DNA of 64,000 bases from Candidatus Omnitrophota bacterium (GCA_003140935.1 PLLJ01000039.1:76007-140006); one strand, 5' to 3'; numbered from the stretch's first letter, positions 27,921-37,412 are shown. The notes: generated by a model from the letters alone, not told the origin. Translations and numbers: made by a program.

Positions 27921-28697
27921 ATGTTTAAAGCCAAAATGCTGACAATTCTCGGTGTGTTTTTTTTATTTTTCATAATAAAAGTTTATGCCGATACGATTTA
28001 TCTTAAAAATGGTAATAGCCTGGAAGGGTTAGTAAGCAAAGAAGAAAAAGATAACGTTGAAGTAAACGTCGGCAATGGCGCGGTTGTTCTTAAGGCGAAT
28101 GAGATAGAGCGGATAGATCGGTCAACCCCCCAGGAGGTTGTTGAAATCAAAAAAAGCTGGGAAATAAACAAAGGCCAGAGTGAAAAGACAAAAGCCCAGG
28201 ATAGGGCGGAAAAGGAAAGAGCGTCGGAAAAATGGAACGCCATGGTAAAAGAAGAAATAAGCCGGGGAGAAGAAAGGCGCGATATCGATGCTAATACCAA
28301 GATCGTTCAAGCCGCTTCAGACAAGAAGGGGCACCTTTTTGTAAATGCCGTTGTGAATGAAGATGTCCATGCTTCGCTTATTGTAGATACGGGTTGCCCG
28401 GTCGTGCTTTTGACGGCCAGTATGGGCCGGAAGTTAGGCATTGATCTTGAGAATATTTCTGATGTGTACGAAGTCATGGTTTTAGATGGTAAGCATAAAG
28501 TGCGGGGAGTTTTATTAAAGAGCGTGAAATTAGGAGATCTGGAAGAAAAAAACATAAGAGCAGAAGTACTGCTTGAGGACAGCCAAGAAATCAAACACGG
28601 CCTTAAAGACGGCCTGCTGGGAATGTCGTTCTTAAAAAGATTTGATGTGACATTAGATCAGAAGAAAATGAAATTGTTTTTTAAACCCCATCCATAA
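27921..28697 (+). CDS. Retropepsin-like aspartic protease (clan AA, TIGR02281-like), secreted
   Basis: DTG active-site motif in LIVDTGCPVVLL, signal peptide, Lys/Glu-rich linker. Low-GC segment. Confidence 0.6.
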   Translation: MFKAKMLTILGVFFLFFIIKVYADTIYLKNGNSLEGLVSKEEKDNVEVNVGNGAVVLKANEIERIDRSTPQEVVEIKKSWEINKGQSEKTKAQDRAEKERASEKWNAMVKEEISRGEERRDIDANTKIVQAASDKKGHLFVNAVVNEDVHASLIVDTGCPVVLLTASMGRKLGIDLENISDVYEVMVLDGKHKVRGVLLKSVKLGDLEEKNIRAEVLLEDSQEIKHGLKDGLLGMSFLKRFDVTLDQKKMKLFFKPHP

Positions 28698-29070
28698 AAG
28701 TTCTTAGGAGCCTGCGCTCTTAGGGAATAAGAATAAGCTAACTTGCATGTGATAGGGTAATAAGGAAGCCGGAAAACAGGCACACCTTAATAACAACGTT
28801 TTTTGTAGTACTGACTTCAAAAACGGCATTCGGCTAAATAAAAGTTTTCTGGTCTGGAGGAGAGACCGGGCGTATACTTCCATCGATCAAGCACCCAACA
28901 GGGTAACATCGTCTTGATTTTTGTATCATCGGGGGCGGTTTCCTCTCAACGGGAACCGCCTTTTTCGTCTGCGCCGCTTTTGAAGGCGCTGAACGAATCC
29001 GCCAGAGCTTTGTGGCGGATAAGGGAACCGCCTTTTGTGTTTTTAAACCTTAAATTTAAGGAGGTGAACC

Positions 29071-30051
29071 ATGGCACATTTTTTCATGCTTCCCACGGAT
29101 GAGAACGGCGTGATCGCGGATCTGGATACCTTGAATATCGATTTGCCGATGGCATTGAAAGCTCCGTTCAATTTTTCCGAAGTATTCTTTTACTCGCACG
29201 GATGGTGGACGGACGCAACGGGAGCCATGAAGTCTTATAATAAATTCGGCATCGGGTTCGCGAAAACGATCGTCCAGGGCCTGGCGAACGCCGCCACTCT
29301 GCCTCCTCATCTTGCTGTCGGCATTCATTGGCCGTCCATGTTCAGCGAGGAGCCGTCTTCTCTGCTGAATAAAGTGGAACTGCTCAGTTATTGGACGATG
29401 GAGAAAAGAGCGGACAATGTCGGGGAAAATGCGGGCTATGCTTTCCTGAGGACCGTGCTGCAGAACAAACAGAAAAGTCTCCGGTGTATCAATTTGGTCG
29501 GGCACAGCTTCGGCTGCAAAGTGGTGCTTTCCACCCTGCAGGAGATGATTAAGGACAAACTTTCAACGAGGCTCCCGGTCAATGTCATCCTGTTACAAGC
29601 CGCCTGCGATGATGACGACCTGTCTCCGGATGATATTTACGGAAAAGTGGTCAAAGGTTTTCCCAATCTGCGGATGCTCATCACAACCTCAACGCTGGAT
29701 AAGGCGCTTGGAGAGCAGTACCCGATGGCCGGGAGGATCAACCTGTTTCACAGCGTCGACCGCAAAGCCCTGGGCGCCGTCGGGCCCATCGATAAGGTGA
29801 AAAAGCTATTTCCCAAAAAAGAAATAGGGCAAATCACAGTGGATGCCAAGTTTAACGCGAACCAGCAGGGGGTCGCGGATATTTTGAAACACAAGCTGGT
29901 GGTCGCGGACTTAAGCGCCATTCATGGATATCGTAACCGCACCAAAGGTCCGGACGGCAAACCCTTGTATGAAGCGGACCCGAATAGCGGCAGCCATTGC
30001 GATATCTATTTTGAGCAGCTGTACAGCCTTATAGCCAAATTCTTATATTGA
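29071..30051 (+). CDS. Alpha/beta-hydrolase-fold protein with GHSFG nucleophile motif (esterase/lipase-like)
   Basis: YSHGWWTD oxyanion-like region, LVGHSFGCKV (GxSxG) and a downstream Asp/His candidate. Family not identified. Confidence 0.5.
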   Translation: MAHFFMLPTDENGVIADLDTLNIDLPMALKAPFNFSEVFFYSHGWWTDATGAMKSYNKFGIGFAKTIVQGLANAATLPPHLAVGIHWPSMFSEEPSSLLNKVELLSYWTMEKRADNVGENAGYAFLRTVLQNKQKSLRCINLVGHSFGCKVVLSTLQEMIKDKLSTRLPVNVILLQAACDDDDLSPDDIYGKVVKGFPNLRMLITTSTLDKALGEQYPMAGRINLFHSVDRKALGAVGPIDKVKKLFPKKEIGQITVDAKFNANQQGVADILKHKLVVADLSAIHGYRNRTKGPDGKPLYEADPNSGSHCDIYFEQLYSLIAKFLY

Positions 30052-30095
30052 GAACTGGGGCCGTATAGCTTAAAAGCTATAAGGAAAAAGAGATC

Positions 30096-31016
30096 ATGAA
30101 ATATAGGAAACTTTCGGACCTGCAAAGGGACATTGAGACGCTGGAGGGGGATTGGGAGCTTTCGCCCGGGCATGAGCTGACGTATAAGGAACGCGGGCCG
30201 GAAAAAGAGGCGGGATTTACGGCCTCGCTTGTCGACTCAGAACCGGACGCGCTGGTGATCTCGGTGACGGTGCAGGAAGACGCGACGCATACCGTGACCG
30301 GGCTCGCGAAACTTTCCGGGAAATGGGAGCTCGATGAAAAGAACCGGATCACGTTTTCGCTAAAGCGGGGGCTCGGCAGGTACGACAAGCTCACTTTCCA
30401 GGGCGCCTGGGAGATCGATGAGAATTTCCGGGTGACTTACTCGCTCGAGACCCAAAGCATTCTGGAAGGGACCGGAAAAAAACGCCGGCGTGTGCAAAAA
30501 ACGACGCAGGAGCTTGTGTTCGAAGGCCGGTGGGACGTTTCGGAAAAGAACTGCCTGACGTATCAGATCGGCGTGGATTCGGAATCAACCTTCCGCTTCC
30601 GGGGTACGTTCGAGACGCAGAGCATGCTTGCCAAGGAAGGTGAGATCCGCTACCAGGTCGGTGTCGAGTTCACGACAAGCTTCGGCGAGACCCAGCGGGT
30701 GACGAAGACCATTTCCCTTTTCGGAAAATGGAAACTTTCCGATGAACTTGAACTTTCTTTCGAATTGGAATGCGCCGACGGGCGAAGGCCCGCGATCAGT
30801 ATGGGCATCGAGCTCGATCTGGAAAGGTTCCAGGAGCGCTGTCCGCTCCTTCCCGATCGAGTGGCCGTGAACCTGAAAAGCCGGGAGGGGGATCCGCTGG
30901 GTGTGGAGGTAGTCCTGACCAAGGACCTCTTTGAAGGGAACGTCCAGACCTTTGTCCGGTTCCGGGACTCCATGAAGGAGATCGCGATCGAGGCGGGGAT
31001 AAAGATACCGTGGTAA
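30096..31016 (+). CDS. Hypothetical beta-rich repeat protein
   Basis: Internal degenerate repeats (KWELDEKNRITFSL, RWDVSEKNCLTYQI, KWKLSDELELSFEL). Its 3' end is duplicated at 32925-33098. Confidence 0.45.
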   Translation: MKYRKLSDLQRDIETLEGDWELSPGHELTYKERGPEKEAGFTASLVDSEPDALVISVTVQEDATHTVTGLAKLSGKWELDEKNRITFSLKRGLGRYDKLTFQGAWEIDENFRVTYSLETQSILEGTGKKRRRVQKTTQELVFEGRWDVSEKNCLTYQIGVDSESTFRFRGTFETQSMLAKEGEIRYQVGVEFTTSFGETQRVTKTISLFGKWKLSDELELSFELECADGRRPAISMGIELDLERFQERCPLLPDRVAVNLKSREGDPLGVEVVLTKDLFEGNVQTFVRFRDSMKEIAIEAGIKIPW

Positions 31017-31280
31017 GCGTCCGGCGGAGATGAAGTGTGGCTGACTTCTCCACGAGGACGCCGTCCGGTTTACAAGTGTAGAGGGTCTGCTTTTTACAAC
31101 AAATCGAAAGGGGTGTTTTATGGCAAATCAAGAAGAACCTAAACAAAAACAAAAGAAAATGGAATTTAAAATTTTTGAAAATGGAAAACAATGCCGAGAA
31201 CCAAAAGAAGAACCTAAAAATTTAATAAGGCCTTCAGAACGAGATCAAGCGAAAAAGGAAAAAAAGGAAAATGAATAAAG

Positions 31281-31853
31281 ATGCCTGACACCCTGAACGG
31301 ATATCTAATTTTAGTTTTTCTTATTCTGCCTGGGTTTATCGGAATAAAGACCAAGCGGTTTATAGCTGCTTCTGAATCCGCAGATGCCTCGGAATTAATT
31401 CTGTCATGCGCTTTGTTCAGCAGCTGGAATTTCTTCGTTATGCTTTGGTTAATAAATCTTATTTTAAGCGAAAAATGTAATTTCTTTTTTGGATCCTTGG
31501 GGGTAATTTTAGTAGCTCCAGTTATTCAGGGGGTTCTTCTGGGTTTTTTGGAACGTTCCGAATCCATTTACTGGATAGCAGAGAAACTTAACATTCTTTT
31601 AGACATTAAACGAAAAACGGTATGGGATAGAGCTTTCTTTGGAAATAAACGGTGGGTTCGTGTTCATATGCCGAATGATGTAATCTACGAAGGGGTCGCC
31701 GTAATGCTTTCTATGGGAAGTGATAATAAAGAACTTCTTTTAAAAAACGTTGTTGTAATTTCTCCTGAGGGAAAAAAGGTCCTAGATTTGCAAGGCGCCG
31801 AGGGCGTGTTTGTGAATGCAAACGATGTTAAGGTAATTGAAATTTATAATTAG
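31281..31853 (+). CDS. Hypothetical membrane protein (N-terminal TM helices plus soluble C-terminal domain)
   Basis: Low-GC. Preceded by a 52-aa Lys/Glu-rich small ORF (31120-31278). No homology recognised. Confidence 0.4.
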   Translation: MPDTLNGYLILVFLILPGFIGIKTKRFIAASESADASELILSCALFSSWNFFVMLWLINLILSEKCNFFFGSLGVILVAPVIQGVLLGFLERSESIYWIAEKLNILLDIKRKTVWDRAFFGNKRWVRVHMPNDVIYEGVAVMLSMGSDNKELLLKNVVVISPEGKKVLDLQGAEGVFVNANDVKVIEIYN

Positions 31854-32028
31854 AAAAAAATGGCTGCATGGTTAGCCCCAAGAAAGAAGGCCATCCCTTC
31901 TTCGCTGTAGCAGCGAAGGACAAGCGCTTTAAAGAAGGTGAGTTGGATGTGCCAGCAATAATCGTTCCTTTAGCGCCATCCGACCAAACTCCGGAGCGAA
32001 TGGTAAGTTTTGGGCGAAAGGGGAAAAT

Positions 32029-32418
32029 ATGGATATTGAAAATATGGATATTTTTAAGGAAAAGGCATGGATCAAACTTTGGGAAGATGCCATGGCGCGG
32101 ATTGAAGCGCTGACGATCCGATTTTATGTATTAAAAAATCAGGAAGAAGTCCTGGAACAGATCGCAAAAAATACGGAACAAATGCCGGAGGCACACTTCT
32201 ATAAAAAGCAGCAAGCGATTATGAGGGTGACGCAAGAAATTACGACCGTGTGCGCCGAATTGAACGAGTCAGATAAAAAGTTTCAACTTCACGAGTGGGA
32301 AATCCAAAAAATCCGCGAAGAGATCACTCATATTGAATCTAAAATTTCTCCATTGATCCTTGAAAAAGTCAAAGAATCCTGGCTATTAACACAAACCGTA
32401 AACCGGAAGCCCTCTTAG
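32029..32418 (+). CDS. Hypothetical protein (helical)
   Basis: Low-GC ORF with a plausible RBS. No domain recognised. Confidence 0.35.
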   Translation: MDIENMDIFKEKAWIKLWEDAMARIEALTIRFYVLKNQEEVLEQIAKNTEQMPEAHFYKKQQAIMRVTQEITTVCAELNESDKKFQLHEWEIQKIREEITHIESKISPLILEKVKESWLLTQTVNRKPS

Positions 32419-32576
32419 GGGAGGCGTTGATTTTCATTACTGTCAGGACGTTACCCTCTCCCTCTGGACGGCGTCTGGTATACATCATGGAGAAAAAGGA
32501 AAATCGTTGGATGTTAGTGACAGTGTAAAACTTGTCTCAGCTAATGTTAACGAGACCTGCGGAAATAGGTGAAGAT

Positions 32577-32909
32577 ATGGCCAAGATATCTGATGTGACC
32601 TTTTCAGGGGAAAGCGGCCGTTACGCTTTTGAAGTTTATCCTATTAATACAGTATTCAGCGCCGATGGCGCGGTTTATGTTTTCAGTAAGCGCACAGTGG
32701 ATCCCAGCGGAAAAGGAACCCATCTATTGTTGTATTTGGGTCAAACCGATTCGCTGAAAGAGAGAATTCCCAACCACGAAAAATGGCCGTGCGTTATCCG
32801 TCATGGTACCAACTGTATTTGTATCCATCGGGATAACAGCGAAGAATCCCGTTTGGAAAAAGAAACCGATCTTCGGGCTGTTCACTCAACCCCGTGTAAT
32901 GATCAGTAA
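32577..32909 (+). CDS. Small GIY-YIG-like domain protein
   Basis: AVYVFSK...(x17)...LLLYLGQTDSLKERIPNHEKW resembles the GIY-x10/20-YIG...R...H...E/N pattern. Confidence 0.4.
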   Translation: MAKISDVTFSGESGRYAFEVYPINTVFSADGAVYVFSKRTVDPSGKGTHLLLYLGQTDSLKERIPNHEKWPCVIRHGTNCICIHRDNSEESRLEKETDLRAVHSTPCNDQ

Positions 32910-32924
32910 AAATGATGGGGTGTG

Positions 32925-33098
32925 GCGGGGCTGCTCGCTCAGATGACCGTGAACCTGACGAGCAAAGAAGGCGATCCCCTGGGCGTCGAACTGGTCCTGA
33001 CCAAAGACCTTTTCGACGGGAACGCCCAGACCTTTGTCCAGTTCCGTGAATCCACGAAAGAAACCGCCGTCGAAGCGGGAATCAAGATACCGTGGTAA
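32925..33098 (+). pseudogene. Duplicated 3'-end fragment of the 30096-31016 gene family (gene remnant)
   Basis: MTVNLTSKEGDPLGVELVLTKDLFDGNAQTFVQFRESTKETAVEAGIKIPW versus VAVNLKSREGDPLGVEVVLTKDLFEGNVQTFVRFRDSMKEIAIEAGIKIPW, about 80% nt identity. No upstream ORF body. Confidence 0.55.
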
Positions 33099-33294
33099 GT
33101 GTCTGGGTAACGTTGCTGACAAAGAAGGTCAAACGCAGTGCGTTAATAGCCGTTTACTCGAGGCAGGCCACGCCGTCAGAGTACGGAGCCGACCTTATGC
33201 TCCGACTCCGTGGTACTTGTATAAAGATACAAGTGCTATGCTGGTGAGGGAATGGAAGGGCCGTTTCTTTCAATTGAAATTACAGGAGATTATC

Positions 33295-34683
33295 ATGAGA
33301 GAAATGTTTGAATATCTTAAAGCTCGCGAGATTTTAACAAAAAAAGGCCCAAATTTTAAAAAGCTTAAAAAGCTTAACCCTGCTCAGACTCTTAACATAG
33401 TAGAAAAGTTAGTCGAACTTGGGAGGCAATCGTCTAAAATTCCAACAGCCTCACAATTTACTCACTTTGCTTCCCTCTCACTTGGCGGTGGAAAAGAGGC
33501 TTGTTTTAATCCCGCATGTAGAATAAATCGTTTGGACTCGCTGATGCGTTTTTCTTTGATGTATAGCGACCAAGTTTTTATCCCAAATTATTTTTTAGAT
33601 TATGATCGATATAAAAAAAGCGGCAAAATATCGGCCGATAGTCTTGCGACCCAGTTTATAGCAGATATTATTACTTTTGCGCATATGCTGCCGTTAGTCA
33701 CGGCTCAAAAAATATCTATTTTTACTCCTCAAACACACATATGCCCTTCTTGCCTAGCAGAAATGAATTTTGGGAAAGGGGCCTCTGGACGCATGGAACG
33801 TTTATCCGCAGAACTTAGAAAAGAATATTTGTCGAACTCGAAAGTGAATCTCGAATTTAATAACGGAGAGTATCGTTTGGGTTGCTCTGGCCCAGAGCTT
33901 TATTTTGAGCATGGCGGTGGTTCCATTGGCTTTGAAAAAATGCCATCGTTGCTTGCTAAAAACAAAAAAATCTTAGAAATAGCAAGACGCCACGGGGCAA
34001 TCTCGTTATCAAAAAAGATGGTTGAAAAAATAGGCGCGATAGATGGATTTTATGTGGGGAACATTGTGCGAAATATGTGGTATGAAATGGCCGCCACACA
34101 AGCATTACATACATCTTTTCTTACCGATCGTGATATAGACGTTCTTTTTCTGGAAAAGTTGACTAAGAAAAAAGATGTTTTGGATAACAATAAACTAGCT
34201 CTTCAGTACTTAACATCCGAGGTTCCTTTTTTGCGAGACGTCGCGCTAAAGGATTTAATTGAATTAAGAAAACATGAAGAAGATGCCTTTGTTCTTTATA
34301 GGCATGCATTGAATCGGGCTATTTCTGAATTTAAATCAGCTAAACAATCTTTAACCGCAAAAGATGCAAAAGGAATTTACTCTGATATCCTGCAGCCGAG
34401 GCTGTCTAAATTGGATCAAACTGTAAAAGCAGCTGTGCACTCTTTAAAAGTTAAGCCTCTTCGCTCCGCTCTTGCAGCCGTAGGCGTTATTTCTTTCGGA
34501 GCGTTTGCGGGCTTTCTTCCTGCCGAACTTAAACCACTCATACAAGCATTTGGTGCAACCTTGGGAGGGACTACTTTTTTAAAAGATCTTCTCGCAATGA
34601 AAGACGGCGAAGATTCTATCAAATCTGACAATTTATATTTTTTATGGCGCGTTAAAGAATTAAGTAAAAAACACAAATCATAA
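33295..34683 (+). CDS. Large hypothetical protein (463 aa), first gene of candidate three-gene module
   Basis: SD AGGAG. Low-GC. CPSC pair possibly a Zn ribbon. No recognised family. Confidence 0.45.
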   Translation: MREMFEYLKAREILTKKGPNFKKLKKLNPAQTLNIVEKLVELGRQSSKIPTASQFTHFASLSLGGGKEACFNPACRINRLDSLMRFSLMYSDQVFIPNYFLDYDRYKKSGKISADSLATQFIADIITFAHMLPLVTAQKISIFTPQTHICPSCLAEMNFGKGASGRMERLSAELRKEYLSNSKVNLEFNNGEYRLGCSGPELYFEHGGGSIGFEKMPSLLAKNKKILEIARRHGAISLSKKMVEKIGAIDGFYVGNIVRNMWYEMAATQALHTSFLTDRDIDVLFLEKLTKKKDVLDNNKLALQYLTSEVPFLRDVALKDLIELRKHEEDAFVLYRHALNRAISEFKSAKQSLTAKDAKGIYSDILQPRLSKLDQTVKAAVHSLKVKPLRSALAAVGVISFGAFAGFLPAELKPLIQAFGATLGGTTFLKDLLAMKDGEDSIKSDNLYFLWRVKELSKKHKS

Positions 34684-34812
34684 AAAGCAAAAATCTTTCA
34701 AATGCCAAGTAGAACAGTACCAATCACCTCGGAGGGCACGTAAGCGAGCCAAGAGTAACCGATCCTTTGGTGCGCTGTCCCTTACACAATAAATTAAATT
34801 CTAAGGAGATGT

Positions 34813-36003
34813 ATGAGCAAACCCAATCCAGACTATCGCGAAAATCCATTACGAGCCATTTTTCTTGTTGGTGAAATAAATCAGCAACTAGTCAATAAGC
34901 TTACCCCTGAGATTCTGCGTTTGCGACACGAATCAGACAGTCCGATTACGGTTTACGTCGACAGCATTGGGGGGAGTGTTTATTCAGCTGAACTTATACG
35001 TAATTTAATAAAGGCGCAAAAGCAAAATGGAACAACCATTAGGCTTGTGACGGTAGCAACCGGAATGGCAGCCAGCGCTGCCGCCGACTTTCTCATTTTG
35101 GGTGATTATCCCATCGTATATCCTCATACTCGAATCATATATCACGGAACACGCCGTACTGCGCCAGATGAATTAACGGTAGAAACGGCGTCTTCAATCA
35201 TTCAAAACTTACGTCAAACTAATGAGAGATTTGCTGCGCGTCTAGCGCGAGTCGTATTCAAAAGGTTTGTTTCTCGAATAATTTCATTTAAAGAACAATT
35301 TCAAACCTATATAAATTCTAAAGAAAGCGGAGACATAAAATCACTAATCGATACTCTTATCAAAAATCTTTCTGAGGATGCGATTCGGTTGGTCAGAAGA
35401 GCGGGGAGCATGCAGGAAAAGATGTCCGAGCTTTCGAAGACTGTGATGCAGTCAATTAGGAAAAGGAAAAGGCCGCTAGATAACGTTCATTTTGAAATAG
35501 AGGTGCTCAAAGGAGTGCTGCATTATCAGCAAAAGGAACTCGTTAAAAAAAAGATTTTACTCAGTGATGGCGAACTGAATAACATTTCTATTATTTTTGA
35601 AGCATTAATGGATTACCACTTCGGAGGACACCGTGGTTTCATGGCGCCATGGATTCGAAGATTCGGCGCCCTATTTCTTTCAGAGGAAGAAAAACAAGTT
35701 TATGAAAAATTGCCATCCGGTCAAGTTAAAGAGAATCAAAAGTGGCTGAGGGAACATACGGCAGAAAAAATTCGACCACTTTGGTATTTTATCGTTTCAG
35801 CTTGCCGCGAGTTACAAACCGATGATTATGAATTAATGCCGGAAGATGCATTTTGGCTGGGGCTGATAGATGAGATTCTGGGCTCGGATTTGCCTTGTGA
35901 GAGGATGTTTTATGAAGAAGCCTCTGAAGAGGGCAAGGTAGCGGAACAATCAAAAGTTCTTGTTCCATCTGGACCAACTCGTAGGGATGCCAAAAAAGCG
36001 TAA
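34813..36003 (+). CDS. ClpP/S14-like serine peptidase domain fused to an uncharacterised C-terminal domain
   Basis: N-terminal 150 aa aligns to ClpP (PITVYVDSIGGSVYSA~YINSPGGVITAG, GMAASAA~GQAASMG Ser, IIYHG~MIHQP His). C-terminal 240 aa unknown. Confidence 0.6.
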   Translation: MSKPNPDYRENPLRAIFLVGEINQQLVNKLTPEILRLRHESDSPITVYVDSIGGSVYSAELIRNLIKAQKQNGTTIRLVTVATGMAASAAADFLILGDYPIVYPHTRIIYHGTRRTAPDELTVETASSIIQNLRQTNERFAARLARVVFKRFVSRIISFKEQFQTYINSKESGDIKSLIDTLIKNLSEDAIRLVRRAGSMQEKMSELSKTVMQSIRKRKRPLDNVHFEIEVLKGVLHYQQKELVKKKILLSDGELNNISIIFEALMDYHFGGHRGFMAPWIRRFGALFLSEEEKQVYEKLPSGQVKENQKWLREHTAEKIRPLWYFIVSACRELQTDDYELMPEDAFWLGLIDEILGSDLPCERMFYEEASEEGKVAEQSKVLVPSGPTRRDAKKA

Positions 36004-36046
36004 ACCGGACGCCGTCCGCATTTTAAAAACAAAGAGGTTAAGACCT

Positions 36047-36922
36047 ATGCCGACCCTAGTTTTTATAGACACTAATATCTTTCTGGATTTCTACAGGATA
36101 CCTGTTGGTTCGGTAGCAATGTCTTTTTTGGAAGACATTAATCGCAACCATGCAAAAATTATTACAAGTGATCAAGTTCATATGGAATTTAAAAAGAATC
36201 GACAAAAAATTATCTTGGATTCGCTTAAGCAATTTAAAAACACCAACGCTGCGGAGATGAAATTACCGGCCTTTTTGATGGAGTCAAAGCAAGCGCATGG
36301 TCTTGAAAAAAACAAAAGACGCATTTCGCAACACATCGCTAATCTTCAAAATCGCGTCGAACGTCTTTTGCAAAAACCAAATATTTATGATCCTGTTTAC
36401 AAGGTTCTTCACCGGCTTTTTTTAAATAATAGCGATTTGAATCTCACGAGACGAAAAAGCATACGGCATTCCATCAGGCATATGGCAAGGAAACGTTTTA
36501 TGTTGGGGTACCCACCAAGAAAAGCCGATGATTTAGCGATTGGTGATGCAATAAATTGGGAGTGGATCGTTCAATGCGCAAAAACAACCGCGCACGATGT
36601 GGTTTTGGTTACTCGTGATACGGATTATGGCATCATTCGGGATGGAAAAGGTATTTTAAATGATTGGCTTCGGTTGGAATTTAGAGAACGTGCAGGCCGT
36701 AGAAGAAAGCTGTTTTTAACCGGCAGGTTAGCGGAAGGATTTAGAACAGCCTCAATAGCGGTTCCCCGTCAGGTTGCCAAAGAAGAAGAAAATCTGGTTA
36801 AAACGATAAAGCCATTACCCGATGAAGATACCAATTATCGTTCAATAATGTTAGGCGAGTTGAAAAAATACTTAAGCCTAACTGGTGAAGGCGGAGCTTT
36901 TTCAAGTGAAACAAAAAAATAA
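36047..36922 (+). CDS. PIN-domain nuclease with C-terminal extension
   Basis: LVFIDTNIFLDFY canonical PIN N-terminus, with later conserved acidic residues (TSDQV, TRDTD). Overlaps the upstream gene end. Confidence 0.65.
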   Translation: MPTLVFIDTNIFLDFYRIPVGSVAMSFLEDINRNHAKIITSDQVHMEFKKNRQKIILDSLKQFKNTNAAEMKLPAFLMESKQAHGLEKNKRRISQHIANLQNRVERLLQKPNIYDPVYKVLHRLFLNNSDLNLTRRKSIRHSIRHMARKRFMLGYPPRKADDLAIGDAINWEWIVQCAKTTAHDVVLVTRDTDYGIIRDGKGILNDWLRLEFRERAGRRRKLFLTGRLAEGFRTASIAVPRQVAKEEENLVKTIKPLPDEDTNYRSIMLGELKKYLSLTGEGGAFSSETKK

Positions 36923-36993
36923 AAAATCAGTGTAAAGCGTAAACCAGGCATCTATTCGAGAGAGGGTCTCCAGCCACCTTAAAGGAGGTTAAA

Positions 36994-37302
36994 ATGACTA
37001 TCCGAGGGATTTTTAAATTTTACGGAAACGAGATGGATACTGATCATATGCCAAAGAAATACCATGTTTATTTGGTCTATTCTTCTCCTCATCCATCTAT
37101 TGGTATGGATGGATATAGTATCGTTTCAATTTTGCAATCAACAATTCGTACACCTATGCCCAAAACATATGAATATGCTATTCAGAAAGAACCAGAAAAG
37201 GCGATCGAAGAAGTTTTCAGCATTATCGCTAATTTAAAAGAAAATAAGGGATTGGCCTCAATAAAGGTTTTGGAAGAAGTTAAAGACCGCGGGTCTAATT
37301 AG
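36994..37302 (+). CDS. Hypothetical protein
   Basis: Low-GC ORF flanked by similar 19-23 bp direct repeats (36949-36967, 37323-37345). Confidence 0.35.
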   Translation: MTIRGIFKFYGNEMDTDHMPKKYHVYLVYSSPHPSIGMDGYSIVSILQSTIRTPMPKTYEYAIQKEPEKAIEEVFSIIANLKENKGLASIKVLEEVKDRGSN

Positions 37303-37412
37303 AAGAACGCAAATAGCTTATGCATAAGCCAGGCAGCGTTCTATTCGTGTAAATCAGACATCATACAGTTCCGCATCAATAAGGAGCCGCGAAGGAACGG
37401 GAGGTTCGTGCC

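Noticed and set aside
28700-28930. AT-rich 230-bp spacer after the retropepsin gene as a possible ncRNA
   Set aside because: No conserved structure or repeat recognised. Likely just an island intergenic spacer, although the downstream attenuator-like part is reported separately.
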